The notes under the pieces are model-generated. The model had not been told where the DNA came from and searched no databases. It saw only the letters and a list, made by a program, of their open reading frames with translations. Both the position numbers and the translations under genes were made by a program. A DNA stretch of 64,000 bases from Bacillales bacterium UBA6449 (lineage in GTDB: Bacteria > Bacillota_I > Bacilli_A > RFN20 > CAG-288). Below are positions 44,282-53,136 of the stretch, one piece after another. Location: assembly GCA_002437105.1 (NCBI GenBank), contig DJOB01000002.1, positions 8,049-72,048 of the forward strand, in the 5' to 3' direction. Position 1 is the stretch's first letter. Every line of letters begins with the position of its first letter.

Positions 44282-44435
44282 GATAGATCCACCTCTAATA
44301 TATATTGGGAAAGTTATCTGTCGACAGGATTAAAATAACAGCAAGTTTTTCTCGAATGTAGTGAAAGCGGTTTATACTGTTATGTTTTTACAGAGATTTT
44401 AGAGTTCTTTTCGCTGGCATCTCTGTCTATGAATC

Positions 44436-44462
44436 AAAAAGGGGAGGGGATTTCCCCTCCTC
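44436..44462 (-). terminator. Terminator after the FMN reductase gene
   Basis: Minus strand reads GGAGGGG-AAAT-CCCCTCC followed by CCTTTTTG. Confidence 0.75.
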
Positions 44463-44484
44463 TCACATTCGATGATTCTCTAGG

Positions 44485-45027
44485 CTAAAGGCTGGCTAAG
44501 AAAGCCGAAAGTTCGCTGTTCAGCTTCTTCGCATCCTCAGTGCTCAGGCTGTAGATGTCGGTCATCCAAGCGGAGTTGGGCAGGACGAATCCCTCACCCT
44601 TGACCGGGACCACGGAACCGATGTATCTGAGGTTTCTCTCGACCTCAGCGATCGATCCCCTGCAGGCGTTCTTGCCTCCCACTCCGGTGACTAGAACCTT
44701 GCGGCCGTACATGACATTGCTCTTGAAGTCTCCGGGGATCTCGCTTCTAGAGACCCAGTCCAGCAGGTTCTTGAGCACGCCGGTGACGCTGCCGTTGTAC
44801 TCGGGGCTGAAGATGACGATACCATCGTTCTCTCTGATCTGGTTCTTGACCTTGCCCAGCGTCTCCGCCTCCGATTTCTCCAGGTCCTGGTTGAAGAGGG
44901 GAACACGGCTGAAGTCGAGGAATTCGACCGCGGCCTTGTCCTCTAGGAGTTCCTGAGCCTTCTCGGCTAGCTGCCTGTTGAAGCTGTGCTTCCTCAGTGA
45001 GCCGACGATGAAGAGTATCTTTTTCAC
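44485..45027 (-). CDS. NAD(P)H-dependent FMN reductase family oxidoreductase
   Basis: KKILFIVGSLRKHSFNRQLAEKA...IVIFSPEYNGSVTGVLKNLLDW matches the flavodoxin-like FMN_red pattern. The start is GTG. Confidence 0.8.
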   Translation of the reverse strand: MKKILFIVGSLRKHSFNRQLAEKAQELLEDKAAVEFLDFSRVPLFNQDLEKSEAETLGKVKNQIRENDGIVIFSPEYNGSVTGVLKNLLDWVSRSEIPGDFKSNVMYGRKVLVTGVGGKNACRGSIAEVERNLRYIGSVVPVKGEGFVLPNSAWMTDIYSLSTEDAKKLNSELSAFLASL

Positions 45028-45149
45028 TATGCGTTTTTCCTCCCGCGAGGCCCTATTATTCCTAGCGTCCGGAGAGCCTGCAAGGAATATGCTCAGCCGG
45101 TTGTATATTCCAGAAGAGGGATACCAGGCTCGGTCTCGCTTCTACCGCC

Positions 45150-45158
45150 GGGGGGGGG
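45150..45158. repeat. G9 homopolymer in the divergent intergenic region
   Basis: CCG GGGGGGGG AAAG: nine consecutive G residues read directly. Confidence 0.9.
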
Positions 45159-45298
45159 AAAGCCGTCGTTCACCGCTCAGCTCTAGAAGGAAATCGCGCA
45201 GGTTTTTTAATATTAGCTCTCTAGCTCTACTGTCAGGTCGGAGTTCGTGATATTGTCTACACCCAGCGGAAACGCTGCTTATAATTTTTAAGGAGAAG

Positions 45299-46180
45299 AT
45301 GATGAGACAGAATCGAGTTCTTTCGATGCAGGATATCTCCTGCACTGGTCGCTGCTCTCTGACGGTCGCGCTGCCTATCTTCAGTGCGGCGGGTCTGGAG
45401 TGCGCCATCCTTCCTACGGCGGTGCTCTCGACCCATACCGGTGGTTTCACCGGTTACACCTTCCGTGATTTGACCGCCGATCTCGAGCCGATCATGAATC
45501 ACTGGAGTAAGCTGAGCCGGGGATTCGACGCTATTTCCACCGGCTATCTTGCTAAGGATCAGGTGCCTCTAGCGGTCGAGCTGATAGAGAGGTTCAAGGG
45601 TCCTAGCACCCAGGTGCTTGTCGATCCCGCGATGGCGGACGGGGGAAAGATGTACCCTGGTTTCGACCTAGCTTTTGCCCGGTCGATGGCCCAGCTGGTC
45701 TCCAAGGCTGAGATCACTGTTCCCAACTACACCGAAGCCTGCTTCCTCCTCGGGGAGGACTACATTCCGCACCCGGATCGTTCACGGGTCGAGTATCTGT
45801 TGAAGAAGCTGGGAGCTCTCGGACCTAGATACGCGCTGATTTCCGGCGTCCACTTTACTCCTGGTAAGGTTGGCGTCCTCTCTTACGATAGTAAGGATGG
45901 TTCCTTCGATTTCTTTGAGACCAAGGATATCGAGGGATACTTCCACGGCTCGGGCGATATCTTTGCTGCCGGTCTGCTCTCCGGCCTTCAGTGCGGACTG
46001 AGCTTTAAGCTCTCCGTTAGATTGGCGCACGATCTGGTGCACACTTCGATACTCAAGACTCTGGAGGATGGTGAGACCGATCTGAAGTTCGGACTGCACT
46101 TCGAGCGGGCTCTGCCTACTTTTATCGCTGAGATCCAGAAGATGAAGGCTGGCGAGCAGGTCGATTCCATGTACGAGTAG
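45299..46180 (+). CDS. pdxK: Pyridoxal/pyridoxine/pyridoxamine kinase
   Basis: VLSMQDISCTGRCSLTVALPIFSAAGLECAILPTAVLSTHTGGF...GSGDIFAAGL. AAGGAG gives 3 nt spacing to ATG 45299 and 6 nt to ATG 45302. Confidence 0.85.
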   Translation: MMRQNRVLSMQDISCTGRCSLTVALPIFSAAGLECAILPTAVLSTHTGGFTGYTFRDLTADLEPIMNHWSKLSRGFDAISTGYLAKDQVPLAVELIERFKGPSTQVLVDPAMADGGKMYPGFDLAFARSMAQLVSKAEITVPNYTEACFLLGEDYIPHPDRSRVEYLLKKLGALGPRYALISGVHFTPGKVGVLSYDSKDGSFDFFETKDIEGYFHGSGDIFAAGLLSGLQCGLSFKLSVRLAHDLVHTSILKTLEDGETDLKFGLHFERALPTFIAEIQKMKAGEQVDSMYE

Positions 46181-46366
46181 TTCCGGGCGATCCGAGAGCA
46201 GGAATACTATTTATAGAGTTCCCCAGGGAGCAATCCACACCTTCAGCGATTGCGGTGGGGGAATCCTTGGTTGCCTATGTTTTTCGCCTCATAACATTAA
46301 AGGCTGGATAAAACTTTCCCGCCTTTTTTGTGTGTAGAATAAAAGAACACAGGCAGGAGGTAGAAA

Positions 46367-47062
46367 ATGAGGATACTTCTTATCGAGGACTCGGCCCAGC
46401 TGGCGGATGCTATCCGCGAATTCTTCAGGATAAAGGGCAGCGAAGTGATAGTGGAGGGTGATGGAAAGAAAGGGTATGAGCAGGCGCAGCGGGAAAAGTA
46501 TGACGCCATCATCCTCGATCTTATGCTCCCCTCGATGAATGGCATCGATATCCTTCGTAACCTCCGGAACAAGGGAATCGAGACCCCGGTCATCATCCTT
46601 ACCGCTAAGACGCAGGAGGAGGATATCCTCAAGGGCTTCGACGCCGGAACCGATGACTATCTCGGTAAACCCTTCAAGATGAATGAGCTTTTAGCTCGCG
46701 TCAACGCGATCGTGCGCCGCCACGTGGCTCCTGAGGAGAAGGATCTTCTCTCTTTCAACGATCTGTCGTTGGACAAGTCTACCCATGAACTGGTCGGTGC
46801 GGATCAGCGCATCACCCTCTCCTCTCACGAGTATGAGATCATGAAGAATCTAATCGAGAAACAGGGAGGGTTGGTCGATAAGGAGCTGCTCGACGAACGG
46901 GTCTGGGGCTATTCAGGACCTAATATGTATAACGGGGTTGAGGTTTATATATCGTTTCTGCGAAAGAAATTGAAGGCCTTGAATTCGATTACGGAGATCA
47001 AGGTTTTGAGGGGAGCTGGGTATCGTCTCAGCGCAGCGGCGGATGAAGCCAAGAAAGACTAA
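46367..47062 (+). CDS. OmpR-family response regulator
   Basis: MRILLIEDS...DAIILDLMLP receiver domain plus a winged-helix C-terminus (VYISFLRKKL...LRGAGYRL). Confidence 0.9.
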   Translation: MRILLIEDSAQLADAIREFFRIKGSEVIVEGDGKKGYEQAQREKYDAIILDLMLPSMNGIDILRNLRNKGIETPVIILTAKTQEEDILKGFDAGTDDYLGKPFKMNELLARVNAIVRRHVAPEEKDLLSFNDLSLDKSTHELVGADQRITLSSHEYEIMKNLIEKQGGLVDKELLDERVWGYSGPNMYNGVEVYISFLRKKLKALNSITEIKVLRGAGYRLSAAADEAKKD

Positions 47063-48341
47063 TCAGTACTGGAGGGAAGAGGCCTCCCTCTCTCAGGGGG
47101 ATCAGGAGTCGCTGAAGAAGTCCAAGAACAGCCTGCGGTACATAATCTTCTTCGGCGTGTTCCTCCTGACTCTCATCATCGGTATCGCTGTCCCTGTTGT
47201 TCAGGATGGTATCCATCAGGATTCTGTTCAGAACGGCTTAAAAATGACTTTGGATAATGCTGGTGATATGGATTGGAACAGCTCGAAAACCAATCTGGTG
47301 ACTGAGCATATAGATACCGTTATCGCCCGCTTTGATCGCACCGCTCTCGACGATGGGAAACTCGAGCCATCGGAGTATGCGGTGATAGGGAACGGTAATC
47401 TTCTCAAGGCGCTCTCCGACGGTGACCTCAATAGTCTCAAAGCTCTCTTCGACTCGAGCCGATACGATGATGGCTATCTGACATTCAGCTGTCGTGAGGT
47501 GGGGGACTATATATATCTAGCCGGTCAAGATTCTACCGAGTTCTACCGCTCTTTTGTGCCGGGGACCATCACGCTCGAGATCCTGCTTTCGCTCTCCTAT
47601 CTCGTGATCTGCTTGGTCTCCAATCATCTCATCGATAAGGCGTTTCGGCCCGTCATCGATTCTATGATCACGCAACACAAGTTCGTGGGAGATGTCTCTC
47701 ATGAGCTCAAGACCCCTCTCGCGGTCATCTCGGCTTCTACCGATCTTCTGATGAATTCGGCTAAAGATGGCTCGGATCAGAAGAAGTGGTTGAATTCCAT
47801 CCAGGACCAGACGGATAGGATGTCTCACACGATCAAGGATCTGGTCACCATTTCGTCTCTCGAGTCCTCGTTCCGACTGCAGAAGGTGGAGGATATGTCG
47901 ACGATCGTGCGGGATGTGTCCCTCTCGTTCGATGCGGTTTGCTTCGAGCGGGGAATCTACTATACATTCGAACGGATAGATTCCGGCTGCATGGTGAATT
48001 GCAACAGCGATGATGCGAGAAAGCTGTTTGAAGAATTGCTGGGTAATGCGGTCAAGTATGCTGAAGGCAATCCGCCTTCGATCACCGCTTCTTTTGTCCG
48101 AAATAAAAATAAGGCGATCCTGACCATAACGAATACGGGGTGCACCATCAAGGAAGAGGAGAAGAATCGCGTCTTCGATCGCTTCTATCGTACCTCGCTC
48201 ATGCGGGCTGAAGGACGCAATGGTTCGGGTCTCGGACTGTCGATCTGTCAGTCGATCTGCGAGAAGAATGGTTTCCGTATATCCTGCCTTCCCGAGTATG
48301 GTAAGCAGACCACCTTCGAGGTGGAGATGAACCTGGCGTGA
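47043..48341 (+). CDS. Sensor histidine kinase with an extracytoplasmic loop
   Basis: Two TMs flank a ~130-aa loop. H-box SHELKTPLAVI, N-box LGNAVKYA, and G-boxes DRFYR and GSGLGLSI. It overlaps the RR gene by 20 nt. Confidence 0.88.
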   Translation: MKPRKTNQYWREEASLSQGDQESLKKSKNSLRYIIFFGVFLLTLIIGIAVPVVQDGIHQDSVQNGLKMTLDNAGDMDWNSSKTNLVTEHIDTVIARFDRTALDDGKLEPSEYAVIGNGNLLKALSDGDLNSLKALFDSSRYDDGYLTFSCREVGDYIYLAGQDSTEFYRSFVPGTITLEILLSLSYLVICLVSNHLIDKAFRPVIDSMITQHKFVGDVSHELKTPLAVISASTDLLMNSAKDGSDQKKWLNSIQDQTDRMSHTIKDLVTISSLESSFRLQKVEDMSTIVRDVSLSFDAVCFERGIYYTFERIDSGCMVNCNSDDARKLFEELLGNAVKYAEGNPPSITASFVRNKNKAILTITNTGCTIKEEEKNRVFDRFYRTSLMRAEGRNGSGLGLSICQSICEKNGFRISCLPEYGKQTTFEVEMNLA

Positions 48342-48348
48342 TGCGATC

Positions 48349-49290
48349 ATGATTCTCACTAGAACATATCGAACTCTTCTAGATATCCTGGAGTCGGTAG
48401 CGGAGAGGACTGGCGATCATCAGCTCGATGATTACCTATCTGAGATAGATATCCGACCCAACGGGCTGAAGTATGGGATTCTCGAGAGTGAGAATCCTGA
48501 TTTTACCCTGCAGTGGAAGAGGTGTACGGAAGGAAAGAGACGGGATCGATTGGATTCCGGTTTTAGTTTTGCAAAGGATTTCTTGAAGCGCACCCTCGAT
48601 CCTGAACGATCAGCTGAGATCGCCGATCATCTTTCTGAGGATATTTTTACTGCCCAGTATCGGAAGAAGCTGGCGATCGACCTCGCTAGAGAGGGACTAT
48701 ACCTTCTGGGACTCTTAGATATTCCAGCGGCGAAAGAGGAAGTGAATCTGCTGCGGCACACTATCGACAATCCTGCGGGTCTAGTCCGGTTTATCCATGA
48801 TAGAAGTGGGGACTATCCCTCCGATTTCGACTTGCTGAGCGGATATCTGAAGTCTCTCGTTCCCGGAGAGATCTGCCTCTCTAGAGCCGGCAAGGTGCTG
48901 TTCGGTCTACTAGCTGATCACTGGTTTATCTATCAGCCGGAGGTATCGAAGGACAATCCTGTCTTCTGGGAGCTCCGAGATCTCGATCGGGTTCCGGATT
49001 ATCCCTCTCCCCTCTGGATAGCATCTCGCCTCTTTCAAGGATATGGACTGGAATTTACCGTGGCGGATAGAAGGTATTTTGCCCTTTATCCACTAGATTC
49101 ATCCATCGCCTTGTTATATGAAGATGGTAAATTGATCGCCCGCCGATCCATCGATGGTTTTATGACTGCCGCCCGCTATCGGATGGACCCCGGTTCATCC
49201 AAGCGGCTGGATCTTTTCAAAGCCTTTAAAGCCAGTAAGCAAAGAAGGATCATCGCACCTAGAGAAGCGCTAGCTCGGATCAGCAGCTAG
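48349..49290 (+). CDS. Hypothetical soluble protein, apparently co-transcribed with the two-component system
   Basis: 313 aa, starts 8 nt after the kinase stop, and has no TM or recognisable motif. Confidence 0.55.
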   Translation: MILTRTYRTLLDILESVAERTGDHQLDDYLSEIDIRPNGLKYGILESENPDFTLQWKRCTEGKRRDRLDSGFSFAKDFLKRTLDPERSAEIADHLSEDIFTAQYRKKLAIDLAREGLYLLGLLDIPAAKEEVNLLRHTIDNPAGLVRFIHDRSGDYPSDFDLLSGYLKSLVPGEICLSRAGKVLFGLLADHWFIYQPEVSKDNPVFWELRDLDRVPDYPSPLWIASRLFQGYGLEFTVADRRYFALYPLDSSIALLYEDGKLIARRSIDGFMTAARYRMDPGSSKRLDLFKAFKASKQRRIIAPREALARISS

Positions 49291-50504
49291 ATCTTAAGAT
49301 CGTAGGTGAGGATGCTGGTGATCGGCTTCCCCTGGGGCGCTTTCATATCGGCTGCCACCTTTTTAGAGTCGTTACCGTAGGTCTGTTCCAGCCGGATGAA
49401 AGTGTTCTCGAGGTCGAGCCGGAGGAAGAGGTATAGACCGAAGAGATTGATATTTATCTTGTCGCTGGGGAATCTCGCCTTCAGGTATGATGCGACAAAC
49501 ATGGTGCAGATGGCGGTTCGCTGTTCATCCTGCTGTGGGAGGGGAACGCCGGAGGCGGTATAGCTAGTGAGGGCCTGGACACGGAAATTCAGGATATCGC
49601 TGTTGGTAAAGGTTCCGTGGAACAGATTCTTGAGCCTGGGTTTGAGGATCGACCAGTTCTTTTCTGCTTCGGCCTCGTAGGGCAGGAGGGCGAGCGAGAA
49701 ATTCTTAGCTAGTTCGGTCAAGGTGTTTCCGGGGATCTCTCGGAGCCGCTTCCAGTTTGTCTGGTGCGGCTTCTCATCCTCTCCATTTTTAAATTCTCTC
49801 TCCCGTGCCTCCTCGACGTATCCGAGGGTTCGGTCGACCTGTTTAGCCTCATCTTCATCTACAGGCTGAGCGGCGAACTTCGGACAGGCGATGATTACGC
49901 CCTGAGGGGAGATGCGCTGAAAGACCAGGTTGGGAATGAACTCTTTTAGATCGGCGAGGATGGGGTAATTATCCTGGCTCAGATCCTTCTTGTGGTCCGC
50001 TTGGAACTTTGTTAGATCTTCGGTGGTGTCGAAGCAGGCATCGTAGATGAGGATCAATCCGCCATCTGCGAGGACTTCGAAATTCAGGTAATTGATGAAG
50101 GCAGGCTGCAGCGCTCTGGGGAGCCGATGCAGGAATAGGGAGGAGGTTATCACCTTGAACTTCTTCCCCTTGAGCGAAGCCGGCAGGAATCCTGAGGACA
50201 GGTCGTGCTGGATGAAGATAGCCCCAGCTGCCTTCTCTCGAGCGATAGCGAGCATGGCGGACGAGAAGTCGATTCCGGTCACCTGGTGTCCTCTCTGGAG
50301 GAGAATCTGCTCTAGGTCGCCAGTTCCGCATCCGAGGTCGAGCACCTCCGCGTCCTTCGCGAAGCCGTCGATCGTCTTCGCTAGAGTCTCGAGGGCGATA
50401 CTCCATCCCTGAAAGGGAAACTCCCCCTTCTTTTCGCTATCGGCCGCGAAGCTGTCGTAATCTCTAGCCCAAGCATCGTATTGAGCGCTGTCCTTATAAG
50501 CCAT
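49287..50504 (-). CDS. Class I SAM-dependent methyltransferase fused to a ~200-aa C-terminal domain of unknown function
   Basis: VLDLGCGTGDLEQILLQRGHQVTGIDFSSAMLAIAREK (motif I and post-I). No match recalled for the C-terminal half. Confidence 0.7.
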   Translation of the reverse strand: MAYKDSAQYDAWARDYDSFAADSEKKGEFPFQGWSIALETLAKTIDGFAKDAEVLDLGCGTGDLEQILLQRGHQVTGIDFSSAMLAIAREKAAGAIFIQHDLSSGFLPASLKGKKFKVITSSLFLHRLPRALQPAFINYLNFEVLADGGLILIYDACFDTTEDLTKFQADHKKDLSQDNYPILADLKEFIPNLVFQRISPQGVIIACPKFAAQPVDEDEAKQVDRTLGYVEEAREREFKNGEDEKPHQTNWKRLREIPGNTLTELAKNFSLALLPYEAEAEKNWSILKPRLKNLFHGTFTNSDILNFRVQALTSYTASGVPLPQQDEQRTAICTMFVASYLKARFPSDKININLFGLYLFLRLDLENTFIRLEQTYGNDSKKVAADMKAPQGKPITSILTYDLKI

Positions 50505-50553
50505 AGTGGAGACCTCCCATAACTATGAATATTCTATTATCTATCGGATACTT

Positions 50554-51465
50554 TTATCCTTCGGCAAGCGCTTTGGCTGAAAAGATAGCTGATCCTCTGC
50601 CGCCTTGGAAGTCGTTTGAACAGATGAGGAGAGTGTCGGTGCCCGGGATGATTTTGGGATGGGTGGAGCGGAGGAAGGCTCCGTTCCAACTGTCGGGCAG
50701 AAGGATCTGCTTAACCGGTATACCAGCCGGCGAGAAACATAGCACTCTTCCCTGTTGATAGATTGCTACATACAGATTTCCATCCTTATCCAGCGTGCAG
50801 GAATCGGGTCCGTTTAAACCAGTGAAGGTATATGGGGTTAAATCCCCGTAATCGGATATGGTCAGACCATCTTGTTCCAGCTCGAGGAAGTGCAGAGTGT
50901 TGGTCCCCATCTCGGTGACCCAGAGGCTTCTCTCGTCGCTCGTGAGAGATAGTCCGTTGGGCACACCTAAAAAGCCACAGACCCGCCGTATATCCTTTCC
51001 GTCCAGCGAGGAGAGGAAGATTCCACCGCTTCTATCGGTGGCCCCGCCGATGAAGTTGGAGAAGTAGAAGCGACCATCATGTCTGAAAGCGAGGTCGTCG
51101 ATCACGTAACCGGAAGCGCTGGAGATGATGGTTTGCCGAGTGAGCGATATGGGATCGATCCTCTCGAGCGAACCGGTCGAGTGAAAATCTCCTAGGCAGG
51201 CGACGTATAGCTGGTGGTCGGGACCGCTTTTGATAGCCGCGGGGTTTCTGCCCTTAAGCGAGAGGATCCTCTTTGCTACTCTAGTGCCCCGTTCCACCCT
51301 CCAGATTCCGCCCTGAAAGACATCGCAGAAATAGAGATTCGCTTCTTCGTCAAAACATAGTCCCTCCAGCTGGAGGAAGTCCGGTGAGACGGATAGATAT
51401 TCCTCCGCTATCTCGACGGGAATCTGACGCTCGGAGTATGGGATTCGATCAAGAAAGTTCGCCAT
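50554..51465 (-). CDS. SMP-30/gluconolactonase/LRE-like beta-propeller protein
   Basis: EGLCFDEEANLYFCDV, PNGLSLTSDERSLWVTE and GPDSCTLDKDGNLYVA repeats. Confidence 0.75.
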   Translation of the reverse strand: MANFLDRIPYSERQIPVEIAEEYLSVSPDFLQLEGLCFDEEANLYFCDVFQGGIWRVERGTRVAKRILSLKGRNPAAIKSGPDHQLYVACLGDFHSTGSLERIDPISLTRQTIISSASGYVIDDLAFRHDGRFYFSNFIGGATDRSGGIFLSSLDGKDIRRVCGFLGVPNGLSLTSDERSLWVTEMGTNTLHFLELEQDGLTISDYGDLTPYTFTGLNGPDSCTLDKDGNLYVAIYQQGRVLCFSPAGIPVKQILLPDSWNGAFLRSTHPKIIPGTDTLLICSNDFQGGRGSAIFSAKALAEG

Positions 51466-51543
51466 ATAAAAGCCCCTGCCAAATGATAAGGGAGAGGCGG
51501 GTCAAAATGAAACATGATTTGTAGCGAAGTATGTTATGTAGAG

Positions 51544-52542
51544 CTATTTATAGGTTTTCTCTAGTTTATTTATGTGTTCCTTGATCCGATCTATCAACTC
51601 GGGGCAGCCGATGACTTTCATGTGGTCATCGGAGTACTGAATGGCCCAGATGGTTGCGCTGTTGATATCCGACTTAGTGTGGCAGATCCAGTGATTATCC
51701 TTCTTCTCGATGAAGGTATTGCTGCTGCCGAAAGAATTGCTGATGCGGATTGCTTTGGACGGATCGTCGTACCAGATTTCCATATCGATCGTATTTCCGA
51801 CAAAGGAATAGGGGTGAGACTTGATATAGTCGTGCAGCTTTATCCCTTTGATCTCCGGGATATCGTCGAGTGAGACCTGCTGTTTATCCGGTAGTATTTT
51901 GAGATTTCTAATCTTCTCTAAGTTGAAGGAATATAGTCTCTTGCCTCGGGAATAGGTGGCGAATAGGTGCTGGTTTCCGTGCTGATTGGCGATGAAGTGA
52001 GGATTGACTTGGAATGATCGTCCCGTGGGGACAAGATTGAGATCGGCGTCGTAATCGTAGTAATCGAATGTGATCATCGCATTCGTATCTATGGCGCTGA
52101 GGACCTGCTCTATCGTATAGAAGAACTCTTGGTTATTGGTTTTCCCGCAAGACAGATCAGTGTAGAAATCCAAGGTGTTTTTGTGATTGACTCGAAAGTA
52201 CTTGCTGGTGAAGGAGAGAAGCTTATTTATCAGTTCGTCGGTCTGTTTGGTAGTGATGTATTGGGCGGAGACGATCATATCGATCAAGAAGAGAATCTCT
52301 GAATCGTCGAAGGTTCGCTCGATAAAGGCGAAGCCTTTTCCGTTGTTGCCTACATCGATTCCATAGTTCATTTCGTTTGAAAGAAGATACAGGGTATTTC
52401 CGATGGTCTTTCGATCCAGCTTGCAGTTATATTCGGTCTCCAAGTACGATTTGATCTGCGGTTGACTCAAGTAGTGATCGGCATCGCTGTATTTGTTTAG
52501 TATCTTCAGTATGTATAGCGGCGAAAGCTTTTTGTTAGACAT
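51544..52542 (-). CDS. wHTH-WYL-domain transcriptional regulator (BrxR/CapW/PafBC-like architecture)
   Basis: N-terminal wHTH (YILKILNKYSDADHYLSQPQIKSYLE), central WYL-like block (MITFDYYDYDADLNLVPTGRSFQVNPHFIANQHGNQHLFATY...FNLEKIRNLKIL) and a C-terminal extension. Confidence 0.65.
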   Translation of the reverse strand: MSNKKLSPLYILKILNKYSDADHYLSQPQIKSYLETEYNCKLDRKTIGNTLYLLSNEMNYGIDVGNNGKGFAFIERTFDDSEILFLIDMIVSAQYITTKQTDELINKLLSFTSKYFRVNHKNTLDFYTDLSCGKTNNQEFFYTIEQVLSAIDTNAMITFDYYDYDADLNLVPTGRSFQVNPHFIANQHGNQHLFATYSRGKRLYSFNLEKIRNLKILPDKQQVSLDDIPEIKGIKLHDYIKSHPYSFVGNTIDMEIWYDDPSKAIRISNSFGSSNTFIEKKDNHWICHTKSDINSATIWAIQYSDDHMKVIGCPELIDRIKEHINKLEKTYK

Positions 52543-53136
52543 AATTTTTTCAATCCTTGAATTCCTGTTTGCACAAATATTTATAGTCTATCTATAGAGT
52601 AAAAAAACGGACACACACTTTTAATCTGCCATAGCTATTCTATGTTTTGGATACTGCTAACATTTCTTTTTGCACATACTATCAATGTATAACGTTATTA
52701 AACCTTTTTATAACCCTTTGCTGAACAGAGAATATTATAGAGCAGCTATCCTTCATTTAAAAAATTAAGTTTGTTTTATACCTTTAAATATAGTCTTCCT
52801 AGATTAATTCATTCTTATGTCTTAATTTAATTGAGGTGGATTTATTAATCTTTCATGTCGATTGAAAGCGTCATTGAATAATCTTTAGATTTATTAAATT
52901 CTACTGTTAGGAAAAGTTGAGAAGCGTGAATTCTAAATGGCTACAGTCAGTATATGCAAACGATGTGAAAAGTATTCTCAGTATGGATTTGAGCGGATAG
53001 ATGATGATAGTAATAACTGATATAGGAATAGGTTATATCGATTTAAAGTTTAATTATCGGTAGTGATATGTATGTTGCGCAGACAAAAAAAGACAAGTCC
53101 GCTGACGATTCATATGTAGGAACTTGTCTATGAGTT

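Noticed and set aside
45028-45215. FMN (RFN) riboswitch on the minus strand upstream of the FMN reductase gene, based on GGUGAA and CCGGCGGUAG
   Set aside because: The other highly conserved RFN blocks (GGGUGAAAUUCCC hairpin, GCCGACAGU, AGUCUGGAUG, closing P1) are missing or only vaguely approximated. RFN elements normally control rib genes or transporters, not reductases. The match is probably chance in GC-rich DNA. Infernal with RF00050 would decide.
51466-51543. Expected direct repeat of the tRNA-Glu 3' end (att site) at the left island border
   Set aside because: I could not find a recognisable copy of TGGTGACCCGTACCAGG or a sub-string of 12 nt or more by eye near 51.5 kb or elsewhere in the island. 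The boundary call therefore rests on composition only.
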